The notes beneath the pieces were generated by a model, which worked only from the letters and a program-made list of their open reading frames with translations, was not told where the DNA came from and did no database searches. A DNA stretch of 64,000 bases from a virus. Lineage: Duplodnaviria > Caudoviricetes. This document shows, in pieces, positions 40,206-48,208 of this stretch (positions within the stretch are counted from its first letter, which is position 1; every line of letters starts with the position of its first letter). Location: positions 1,466 through 65,465 of IMG/VR virus record IMGVR_UViG_3300037264_008235, one strand, 5' to 3'. Position numbers and translations under genes: made by a program.

Positions 40206-40700
40206 GTGAGTGACAAGCATGTGGCTCCTCCCGCCTCCCGTTGCCTCCGGCTCGGGACGTCGGAGGGCGGCGCGTTCCTCTCCAAGCGCGCCGGCCGCGC
40301 ATTCCTCGGCTACCTGACCGCCCAGCGCGAGAGGCTCCTCGGGCTCCGCGGCCAGCGGGACGTCCGGCGCGAGCACCTCGCCTCCGAGCACGGCTACGAC
40401 ACGAAGTACGCCATGCACGCGCTCCGCCTCGGGTTCCAGGGAGTCGAGTTCCTGACCGGGCGCGGGCGCCTGACGCTCCCGATGAGGGAGAGCACGCGCG
40501 CCCTGCTGATGAGCGTCCGCCGCGGGGAGCTGGAGCTCGCGGACGCGACGGGCCGGATCCTCGCCCTCGAGCTCGCGATCGAGGCGCTCCTCTGCTCGAG
40601 CCCCGCCTGCATCCCCGACGAGCCGGACCGGGCGCGGATCGACCGGCTCCTGGTCGGGTGCTACGCGGACCACTGGCGCGCGCGGGGACTCCTCCCGTGA
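40206..40700 (+). pseudogene. C-terminal half of a predicted nucleotidyltransferase (RlaP/YcgL-like), catalytic N-terminus absent
   Basis: FLSK..FLGY..Q, GYDTKYAMHALRL; no GS..YG / DxD motif; 5' end resembles the start of the C5-MTase gene. Confidence 0.6.
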
Positions 40701-40956
40701 CCGCCGTGCTCGTCGGCGGGCCGCTCGACGGGATCCGCCTCGAGGTCGAGGACGGAGCGGAGACCGTCCGGCAGTACGCGCTGGTCCCGAACCCGGATGA
40801 GGCCTCGATCCTGAAGATGGTCGGCCGCTGGTTCGTCTACCGCCGCGTCCTTTTCTCCTCCGCCGACGCCGGCGTTTCTCCTGATCCTGGCGCGACGTTC
40901 CTCTGGAGCTCCGGAGGGATTGGGTGATCCGTCAAACCCTTTTACAGGAGGTTCCC

Positions 40957-41727
40957 ATGCGTGCTCTCCTCAGTCTTCTACTGCTCGCCGCCGCCGCCCT
41001 CGCGCAGCCGCTCCCGGACCGGGACCGAGACTGCTTGCCCGACCTCTTCGAGACCGCGCACTTCCGTACCGACCCGGACCGCGCCGACACCGACGGCGAC
41101 GGGGTCCCGGACGGCGCGGAGGTGGCGCGGTTCTCGCTGCCCGGCAACCCGAAGATCTCCGGCCAGGGCGCGGGCGCCCGCTGGCTCGCGTCCGCTGACG
41201 ACCGGACGCTGCTCGTCGGCCTGCTGCTTCACGCGCCGGAGGGGTTCGAAGGCGTCCGGTTGCGGGCGCGCCTCGTGATCGGAGACTCGCCGTCGCCCGC
41301 GTCGACCTACGACCTGACGCTCGCGCTGCCGGCCGCGCGCGTCCTGGTCTCCGGAGACCTGAAGACGGCGCTCGTCTGCTGGGAGTTGCCGGCCGGCGTC
41401 CTCTCGGCGAGTTGGGCTTTCGGAGGAGGTTTCGAGATCGGAGCGCGGCGCGTTTCCGGCGCGGCGACGCTGTCTCCGGGCGCCGACGGGCCGCGCCTGC
41501 TCGAGCCGCGCGGCGAGCGGTGGCAGATCCGGAGGGTCCACCGAATCCGCCCTTTCGCGGGGGGCGCTGACCGGATCTGCGTCCAGACGCTGGAGAACGT
41601 AGGGAGCGAGCCCGGGCCGGTGAAGATCGTCGTCGACGAGGGCTGTGAGGAGGAGCCGAGCGAGTGCGTCTCGGACTGCGGCCTCATGATCGGCCGGATA
41701 GTGATCCTGCTCGACCAGATCTGGTGA
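40957..41727 (+). CDS. Secreted protein with Ca-binding DxDxDG (TSP3-like) repeats
   Basis: AGGAGG RBS; signal peptide; DRDRDCLPD, DTDGDGVPDGAE. Confidence 0.7.
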   Translation: MRALLSLLLLAAAALAQPLPDRDRDCLPDLFETAHFRTDPDRADTDGDGVPDGAEVARFSLPGNPKISGQGAGARWLASADDRTLLVGLLLHAPEGFEGVRLRARLVIGDSPSPASTYDLTLALPAARVLVSGDLKTALVCWELPAGVLSASWAFGGGFEIGARRVSGAATLSPGADGPRLLEPRGERWQIRRVHRIRPFAGGADRICVQTLENVGSEPGPVKIVVDEGCEEEPSECVSDCGLMIGRIVILLDQIW

Positions 41728-41977
41728 CGTCGCGGGACGCTCCTCCCGAACGCTGCCGCTTCTGCGGCAAAGGGCTCTACTGGTGCGTCCAGGAAGTCGG
41801 CGAGCGCGCGGGGCAGCTCCGCGTCCACTGCGAGGACGCGCAGCACTGCGGCGTCCTGATCGGGTTCGTCCCGGACACGCCGGAGAACCGCGCGCGCGCC
41901 GGCGCCTGGCTGACCGATTCCAGAGCGAACAGGGCGCCCCGGCTCGACGGGCGCCCGCTGAAGAAAGGACCGAGACC

Positions 41978-42508
41978 GTGAAGACGCTCGCCCGCTGCCT
42001 CACCTCTCCGCTCCTCCTCCCGACGGCGCTCGCCGCGCTGCTCCTCCTCTCCCGCCCGGCGGGCGCCCAGCTCGAGGCGCGGCACCTCGTCCGGCGGGAC
42101 GGGCCGGCGTCCGCGCTCGCGTCGCTCGACCTGGCGAACCGCGGGCCGGACCCGTTCCGGATCCTCGTCGTCTCCTTCGTCGGCCCGCCGGCGGAGCTCG
42201 TCGCCGTCCTCCCGCCACCGCTCAACCAGCAGCGGGTCGGGGACGGTACGGTCTCCGTCGTCGACCTCGGGACGCTCGCGCCGGGCGCCGAGGCGACCGT
42301 CCTCGTCCGCGTCGCCCTCTCCTCCGCCCGCGAGTGGGCCCACGCCGTCCTCCTGGACGCGGAGAACGTCCGCACGGGCGCGCGGGTCTGCGAGCGCCGC
42401 GACGCGCCGGTCACGGAGACCGCCGTCCCGTTCGCGGACGCGCGGACGCTGGTCGTGCTCGCGCTCGCGCTCGGCGCCGCGCTCTGGTGGAAGACGAGGC
42501 GGCCGTGA
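41978..42508 (+). CDS. Secreted protein with IPTL/PEP-CTERM-like C-terminal anchor
   Basis: Signal peptide ..PAGA-Q; ends VPFADARTLVVLALALGAALWWKTRRP. Confidence 0.6.
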   Translation: MKTLARCLTSPLLLPTALAALLLLSRPAGAQLEARHLVRRDGPASALASLDLANRGPDPFRILVVSFVGPPAELVAVLPPPLNQQRVGDGTVSVVDLGTLAPGAEATVLVRVALSSAREWAHAVLLDAENVRTGARVCERRDAPVTETAVPFADARTLVVLALALGAALWWKTRRP

Positions 42509-42815
42509 GGCTGAACCTGACCGTCCAGGCCCGGACCGCCGCGGTCGTCGAGGAGCTGAAGAACGGAGACCCCTCGGTCGTCGTCCTCCGCCACCTCCAG
42601 CTCTGCGCGGCCGACGCGCTCCGCTCCCTGGCGCGCGCGTTCGACGACGCCGCGCAGACGGAGAGCGAGGCCGCGTTCGCCACCTACGGGGACGACCCGG
42701 AGACGCCGTGGCCGGAGTGTGTCGTCGCGTCCGTCCGGCGCGCGAACTCCTGCGCCTCGGCCGCGCGCGCGACGGCCGACGCCCTCGACCGCGCGGCGGC
42801 GCGGGACGGTTTCTG

Positions 42816-43952
42816 ATGTGGCTCCTCCCGCCGTCCGCTGCCTCTCTCTGTTCTCCGGGCTCGACGGTCTCTTTGCTGGACTCCGCCGCGCGCTTCCCGG
42901 AGCGCGTCTTGTGGCTTGCGCGGAACGGGAAGCCTTCCCCGCGGCCGCTCTCCTGGCCCGGATGGAAGACGCGTCCCTGGAGCCGTGTCCTGTTTTCTGC
43001 GGCGACGTCCGGGAGGTGGACTGGCGCGGCTGGGCCGGAGCCGTGGACCTCGTCCTCGCCGGCTGGCCCTGCCCGCCGGTCTCCCTCGCCGGCAAGCGGC
43101 TCGGCCGGAAGGACGAGCGGTGGCTCTGGCCGGAGGTCACGCGCGCCCTTCGCGAGACTGGCGCCGGATGGCTCCTGGCAGAGAACGTGCGCGGCCTCCT
43201 ATCTGCCGACGATGGAGCCGCCTTCGGAGAGGTTCTCGGGGACCTGGCCGGTCTCGGGTTCGATGCGGAGTGGGACGTGTTCAGCGCGGCTGAGGTCGGA
43301 TCGTCCCAGCGGCGCGAGCGAGTGTTCCTCCTGGCCCGCTCCCGACGCGTCGGAGGCGGGCTCGAACCGGAGCGCCTCCTCCGGAGCTGCCGAGCGGCCC
43401 GCGATCGCGACGGCCGCGCGGAGCTGGGCCAGCCCGCGGACGGTGGACGGGAAGTACCGGGACGGGAAGGGCGGGCGCTTCCTGACGCTCGAGGGGCAGG
43501 CGACGGCGCTCTGGCCGAGCCCGATCGCGTCGGACGCGGAGAAGGGGGTCGACCGGCGCTTCGACCGCAACCCGACGCTCCTCGGCGCGGCGCGGGACTG
43601 GCCGACGCCGGGCGTCCCGAACGGGGGGCGCACGCTGCCTCCGGGGACGAGCCGGACGGGAGTCGTCCCGGACGGGCGGCAGCGGCAGGTGGACCTCCGG
43701 CGCGAGGCCGCGCTCTGGCCGGCGCCGGTCGCGAGCGACGCGCGGAGCGGGGAGGCGTCGGAGGCGACGGCGCGGAAGAACAGCCGGCCGCTCCGCGAGA
43801 CGGCGCTCCGCGCGCTGCCTTCCCTCCTGGACCGAACGAGCACGAGAAATGGAGCAGAATCTGCGCCCTCCGTTACGACCTCGCGCCAGCGCTTGAATCC
43901 CCGCTTCGTGTCCGTGCTGATGGGACTCCCTTACTGGTGGACGGAGATCTGA
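42816..43952 (+). CDS. Overlapping MTase beta-type polypeptide (TRD-like repeats and motif IX-like end)
   Basis: Five WPxP..SD-like repeats; ends RLNPRFVSVLMGLPYWWT. Confidence 0.65.
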   Translation: MWLLPPSAASLCSPGSTVSLLDSAARFPERVLWLARNGKPSPRPLSWPGWKTRPWSRVLFSAATSGRWTGAAGPEPWTSSSPAGPARRSPSPASGSAGRTSGGSGRRSRAPFARLAPDGSWQRTCAASYLPTMEPPSERFSGTWPVSGSMRSGTCSARLRSDRPSGASECSSWPAPDASEAGSNRSASSGAAERPAIATAARSWASPRTVDGKYRDGKGGRFLTLEGQATALWPSPIASDAEKGVDRRFDRNPTLLGAARDWPTPGVPNGGRTLPPGTSRTGVVPDGRQRQVDLRREAALWPAPVASDARSGEASEATARKNSRPLRETALRALPSLLDRTSTRNGAESAPSVTTSRQRLNPRFVSVLMGLPYWWTEI

Positions 43953-44521
43953 ACCGTGAAGAGGTGCCGGTCCTGCGGAGCGGAGTTGGCTCAGAAGAGG
44001 TTCCGCAGCGGAGTGCTCGAGGCTCCGTGCATGATGAAGCGGCGGGTCTACTGCGACCGGACCTGCATGGCGGCAGGGATGATGAAGCCGGTCTCCGCGT
44101 TGACGCGCTCTGGGCTCTTGGTTCGGGCTCGCCGGCATTTGAAGTCGCGCTGCGAGCGTTGCGGGACGTCTCAGCGTCTTGGAATCCACCACGCCGACGG
44201 CGACTGGAGGAACAACTCACCGCACAACCTGATCACGTTCTGCGCTTCTTGTCATACGCGGCACCACCACGAGCGTGGGGACATCGTTCCGCGGAGGATT
44301 CCGAGGTCCTGTCCGGTGTGCGGGCGGCGTTTCTGGCCGAGCGGTTTCAAACCCCGGACGTGCTCTCGCTTCTGCGGGCAGGCTCTCAGACACAGGCGCG
44401 CCTCCGGGCGATGAGCCGAGATGACCGCCTGCTCCGACTACGCGCGCTGGGCAACGCGGTCGTCCCTGACTGCGCGGCCCGGGCCTTCCTGACGCTCCTC
44501 CCCCGCCTCCTGGAGCCGTAA
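42818..44521 (+). CDS. C5-cytosine DNA methyltransferase, alpha-type frame (motifs I-VIII and X)
   Basis: SLFSG, AGWPC, ENV, QRRERVF, LRALGNAVV. Confidence 0.85.
   Translation: MAPPAVRCLSLFSGLDGLFAGLRRALPGARLVACAEREAFPAAALLARMEDASLEPCPVFCGDVREVDWRGWAGAVDLVLAGWPCPPVSLAGKRLGRKDERWLWPEVTRALRETGAGWLLAENVRGLLSADDGAAFGEVLGDLAGLGFDAEWDVFSAAEVGSSQRRERVFLLARSRRVGGGLEPERLLRSCRAARDRDGRAELGQPADGGREVPGREGRALPDARGAGDGALAEPDRVGRGEGGRPALRPQPDAPRRGAGLADAGRPERGAHAASGDEPDGSRPGRAAAAGGPPARGRALAGAGRERRAERGGVGGDGAEEQPAAPRDGAPRAAFPPGPNEHEKWSRICALRYDLAPALESPLRVRADGTPLLVDGDLNREEVPVLRSGVGSEEVPQRSARGSVHDEAAGLLRPDLHGGRDDEAGLRVDALWALGSGSPAFEVALRALRDVSASWNPPRRRRLEEQLTAQPDHVLRFLSYAAPPRAWGHRSAEDSEVLSGVRAAFLAERFQTPDVLSLLRAGSQTQARLRAMSRDDRLLRLRALGNAVVPDCAARAFLTLLPRLLEP
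43956..44414 (+). CDS. HNH endonuclease overprinted within the MTase ORF
   Basis: CERCG..LGIHHADGDWRNNSPHNLITFCASCH; additional CxxC motifs. Confidence 0.8.
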   Translation: MKRCRSCGAELAQKRFRSGVLEAPCMMKRRVYCDRTCMAAGMMKPVSALTRSGLLVRARRHLKSRCERCGTSQRLGIHHADGDWRNNSPHNLITFCASCHTRHHHERGDIVPRRIPRSCPVCGRRFWPSGFKPRTCSRFCGQALRHRRASGR

Positions 44522-44565
44522 GTCGCGCCGGCGCGTAGGTGTTATACCGCTTCGCGGATTCCGGC

Positions 44566-44622
44566 TTTTCCCGTAACGGGAACCTGCCGTGGCGGTATAA
44601 TACCCGCGTAAAGAAAGGACGG
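44566..44622 (+). promoter_or_regulatory. Phage promoter plus RBS homologous to 30661-30717
   Basis: TTTTCC.GTAACG-17bp-TATAAT-ACC..CGTAAAGAAAGGACGG. Confidence 0.7.
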
Positions 44623-44628
44623 CGAAAC

Positions 44629-46924
44629 GTGACTACGAATCAGAGAACGCTGGCGGCCGAGGCCGGGCGGTTCCGCGTCTTCCACGACGGGACGGTCGAG
44701 GGACCGGCCGACTACATGCGGAGCGCGCGGGCGGCGGAGACCTGGGCGCGGATCGAGAACGGGACCCACGTCCTGATCGCGGCCGCGCCCGAGGGCCTCT
44801 CCCTCTTCTCCCTGATCGCGGTGGCGCTCCAGACCGACTACGCGGCGTGGGCCGGGCAGCGCGGGCTCGATACGTTCCGGGAGGTGTCCCGTGAGTAGCG
44901 CGAAGCGGTTGGGTAGCCACTACCGAAGTCCCGGGCTCCGACTCCCGGTTCCCGTCCCAGCGCGCGTCGCGGAGGGGATCGCGCTGGTCCGCGCGCGGGG
45001 CGTCAACCTCCTCCGTTCCGGATCGGTCGCCTTCATCGCCGGGAACCTCGGCTACCCGGAGGTCGGACCGTGGATCGAGGCAGACCCGCGCCGCTACGCG
45101 CGCCTGCTCGCCGCGGACGGCGCCGCGCTCCCGCTCCCGCCCCCGACCACGCTGGCGCTCGCGGCCGCGGTCGCCGCGTTCCTCGAAGCGCTGGACTTCT
45201 GGGGCCCCTCCGACAACGACGGGCCGGCGGACCGCGTCCGCGTCCTCCTCCTGGTCGCGCCGGACTCGCCGCTCCGGACGGCGGCGGCGGAGGCGCTGGA
45301 CGTCTTCGACGACCCGGACGGCGCGCCCGACTCGACGTGGAGCGGGCGCTGGTGGCACGCGCAGGAAAAGCTGAGGGCGGTCCTCGCCGAGACGCCGCTC
45401 TCGACGAAGGGAGGCGGGAAATGATCGCCCCGGACATCCTCGCGCGGGATGCGCGCGGGGAGGACGTGCTCCTCCGAACGCCGTGCTGCGCGCGGCTCGT
45501 CCGGCGCGCGCTCCCGGCCGTCGCGACGGAACAGATCTCCGTCCGCTGCCGGAAGTGCGGCGCGCGCTGGCGCGTGATCTCCCGGCCGGTCTCCGCGAGC
45601 CGCCGCGCGGTCGTACGAGTGATCGAGTGGTCGAGGAAGAAAGGAGCGTCGAGATGAACCGCGGCATCCGGATCTCCGAGAAGCACGGGGTCAACCCGTC
45701 CGTGGGCGTCTGCTTCTTCTGCGGGGAGGAGGACGGGACGGTGATTCTGGCCGGCCGGCTTACGGGCGACGCGGAGGCGCCGCGCCGCGCCGTCTGGTCG
45801 CACGATCCGTGCCCGAAGTGCAAGGAGCACATGAAGGCCGGCATCGTCCTGATCTCCGTCGACCCGGCGAGGAGTCCGGATCACGCGAACCCGTGGAGGA
45901 CCGGAGGCTGGTGCGTCGTCAAGGAGGAGGCCTTCCGGCGCCTCTTCTCCGGACCTCCGGTCGAGACCAGCCTGAAGCTGAGGTTCGCGTTCGTGGAGGA
46001 CGCGGTCTGGGACCGCGTCGGTCTACCGCGCGCGGGCGCGGAGAAGGCTTGACGGTGCCGCTCGACGCCGAACGGATGAGGCGGGAGCTGGAGCTCACGG
46101 GGTTCTCCCGCGGGTACCGGGTCGCCCGCTACTCGTGGGACCAGACGCTCTGGGCCGTGACCACGACCGCCGGGACGGTCCTCGACCTCGCGCCGACGCT
46201 CGCGGCCGGGATCGCCCGGGCGGTCGAGATCGAGCTGGAATGCGAGGAGGTAAAGTGACGACCGAGAAGAAGAAGCCGGAGCCGGAAGACCTGTGGGCGG
46301 AACTGACCCGGCACGCGTGCCCGCACGCCGGAGCGCCGAAGGGCGGGCCGGCGCCGGCGCGGATCACGTGCGAGAAGTGCGTGAACGATGCGGGAGCCGC
46401 GCGCGCGGCCGTCCCCGCCGCTCCGGCGGCGCTCGTCGCCCTCCTGTCGTTCTTCTGCCTCGTCGGGGCGCTGGCGACGCTGTCGTGGGTGCTCGGGTGA
46501 GCCCGTGACGTACGCCGAGTGGATCGCGGCGCGCTACCCGGATACTGCCTCCGCGCGCGCGTGCTGTGCCGAGGCGACAAGGAAGCTGGTCGCCGCGTTC
46601 CCCGAACTGCGCCGCGTCCGCGGGCACTACGTCTGCCCGCTGTGGGGCCCTCGCGAGCACTGGTGGTGCGTCGCGCCAGACGGGTCGGTCGTGGACCCGA
46701 CGCAGGCGCAGTTCCCCACGAGAGGAGGGTTCGAGTACGAGGAGCGCGATGAGACGCGGCCGGAGCCGACGGGACGCTGCCACAATTGCGGGGAGTACTG
46801 CTACGGCGGGCGAACCGACACGTGTTCCGCCGCGTGCCACGAGACGTACCGCGCCTATTTGATGGACCTCCTACGATTGAGGCAACTCCGGCGGCGCCTG
46901 CGGACCGCGAGGGCCGACGGGTGA
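44629..46924 (+). CDS. Cluster of small hypothetical ORFs (44629-44898, 44891-45424, 45421-45657, 45654-46052, 46505-46924 and others)
   Basis: Coupled ORFs, several Cys-rich. Confidence 0.5.
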
Positions 46925-47166
46925 GCACGCCGTTCAAGTCGCTCCGCGTCCGGCGCGCGCTCCGGGCGCTCGGCTTCCGCGACTGCCACTCGAAGTCGGT
47001 CGAGGGCGCGCGCATGACGAACGGGGACGGAGTCCGCGTGGACGTCCACGTCCTCCGGCACCGGGAAGTCCAGCTCGCGGAGATCAAGCTGATCGGCCGG
47101 ATGCTGGAGACTCAAGGAGTCGTGCGGAAACGGGACGAGTTCCTCTCTCTGGTCCGGAGGTCCTGA
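46921..47166 (+). CDS. HicA-like small protein
   Basis: VRRALRALGF...M..GDG.RV.V..HREV...IKLI pattern; canonical GSH missing. Confidence 0.35.
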   Translation: MSTPFKSLRVRRALRALGFRDCHSKSVEGARMTNGDGVRVDVHVLRHREVQLAEIKLIGRMLETQGVVRKRDEFLSLVRRS

Positions 47167-47573
47167 TGATCGAGAAGGTCGGCAAGGAGTCCCTGAAGAT
47201 CGACGCGCCGTCGCGCGTGTTCGGTCTCGGTTTCGCGTGGCTGCTGGTCGTCCTGGTCCTCGGGAGTCTGGCGATCGTCGTCCTCGGCTGGTTCTTCCGG
47301 CTCGTACTCTACGTCTTCCCGAGGCTCGGGTGATCTTCACCGGCGACGAGGTCCCGTTCGGCCGCTCCGGCGCGCCGGAGCGGTACGCGGACGACGCGAT
47401 CGTGCAGATCATCCGGCGCTCGCGGGAGGGCGCCGCGTTCATGGACGACCTGCTCCTCGGACTCGCGCGCTCGTTCGTCGGTTCTGTGGTATCGGACGGA
47501 CCTCTGGCTCGGCGCCGCTTGCGCGAGGACCCGCACCTCGTGTAATTTCCTTCCACCCGCTCCGGGCCGGCCG

Positions 47574-47589
47574 GGTTCCACGTGGAACA
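47574..47589. promoter_or_regulatory. parS: parS-like palindrome
   Basis: GGTTCCACGTGGAACA (reverse complement TGTTCCACGTGGAACC), intergenic between convergent gene blocks. Confidence 0.75.
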
Positions 47590-47659
47590 TCGCCGGCCCT
47601 GTTCTCTTCGTACGCATCGAACGCATCTTACGTACTTGCGTCTGATGCGTGCGGACGCG

Positions 47660-48208
47660 CTACCGGAGCCCGAGGCGCTCCGCCTCCCGCCTCATCCGCG
47701 CGAACGCCTTCGCGGTGATTCCGGAGACGTTCTGCTGGGACGTCCCGAGCGCGCGCGCGACCTCCGTCGCCGACCGGCCGCCGAGGAACCGCTCCTCGAC
47801 CACCCGCCGCGGGCGCGGCGGGAGGACGGACAGGAGGCGGGCGACCAGTTCCCGGTCGTCGGCCGCGAGGTCCGGGCGCGCGCCCTCCGGCTCGGTCTCG
47901 AGCGAGAGGACGCGCGGCTTGTCCAGGTAGCGGCCGAGCCGGACCCGGCGTTCGGAGATCAGCGCGCCGCGGACGTGGAGCGCCGCCCACGACTTGAACG
48001 CGGCGCCGCCTGCCGGGTTCCAGGAACGCGCGGCGCGGACCAGCGCCAGGAGCGCGGCGCCGACCAGATCGTCGAGCTCCGGCGTTCCCGGGTCCGAGGC
48101 GAGGAATGCCCGCGCCGTCCCGCGCGCGAGGCCGAGGCAGGATTCGACCTGAGCGTCGGAGGCGCCTACCGGGCTCCGCCCGGACTCCAAGGGATCAGAC
48201 TCCCGCAT
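47660..48208 (-). CDS. Sigma-70 family RNA polymerase sigma factor
   Basis: Region 2 DDLVGAALLALVRAARSWNP..F.SWA; region 4 LPPRPRRVV..F..S..EVARALGTSQ.NVS. Confidence 0.85.
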   Translation of the reverse strand: MRESDPLESGRSPVGASDAQVESCLGLARGTARAFLASDPGTPELDDLVGAALLALVRAARSWNPAGGAAFKSWAALHVRGALISERRVRLGRYLDKPRVLSLETEPEGARPDLAADDRELVARLLSVLPPRPRRVVEERFLGGRSATEVARALGTSQQNVSGITAKAFARMRREAERLGLR

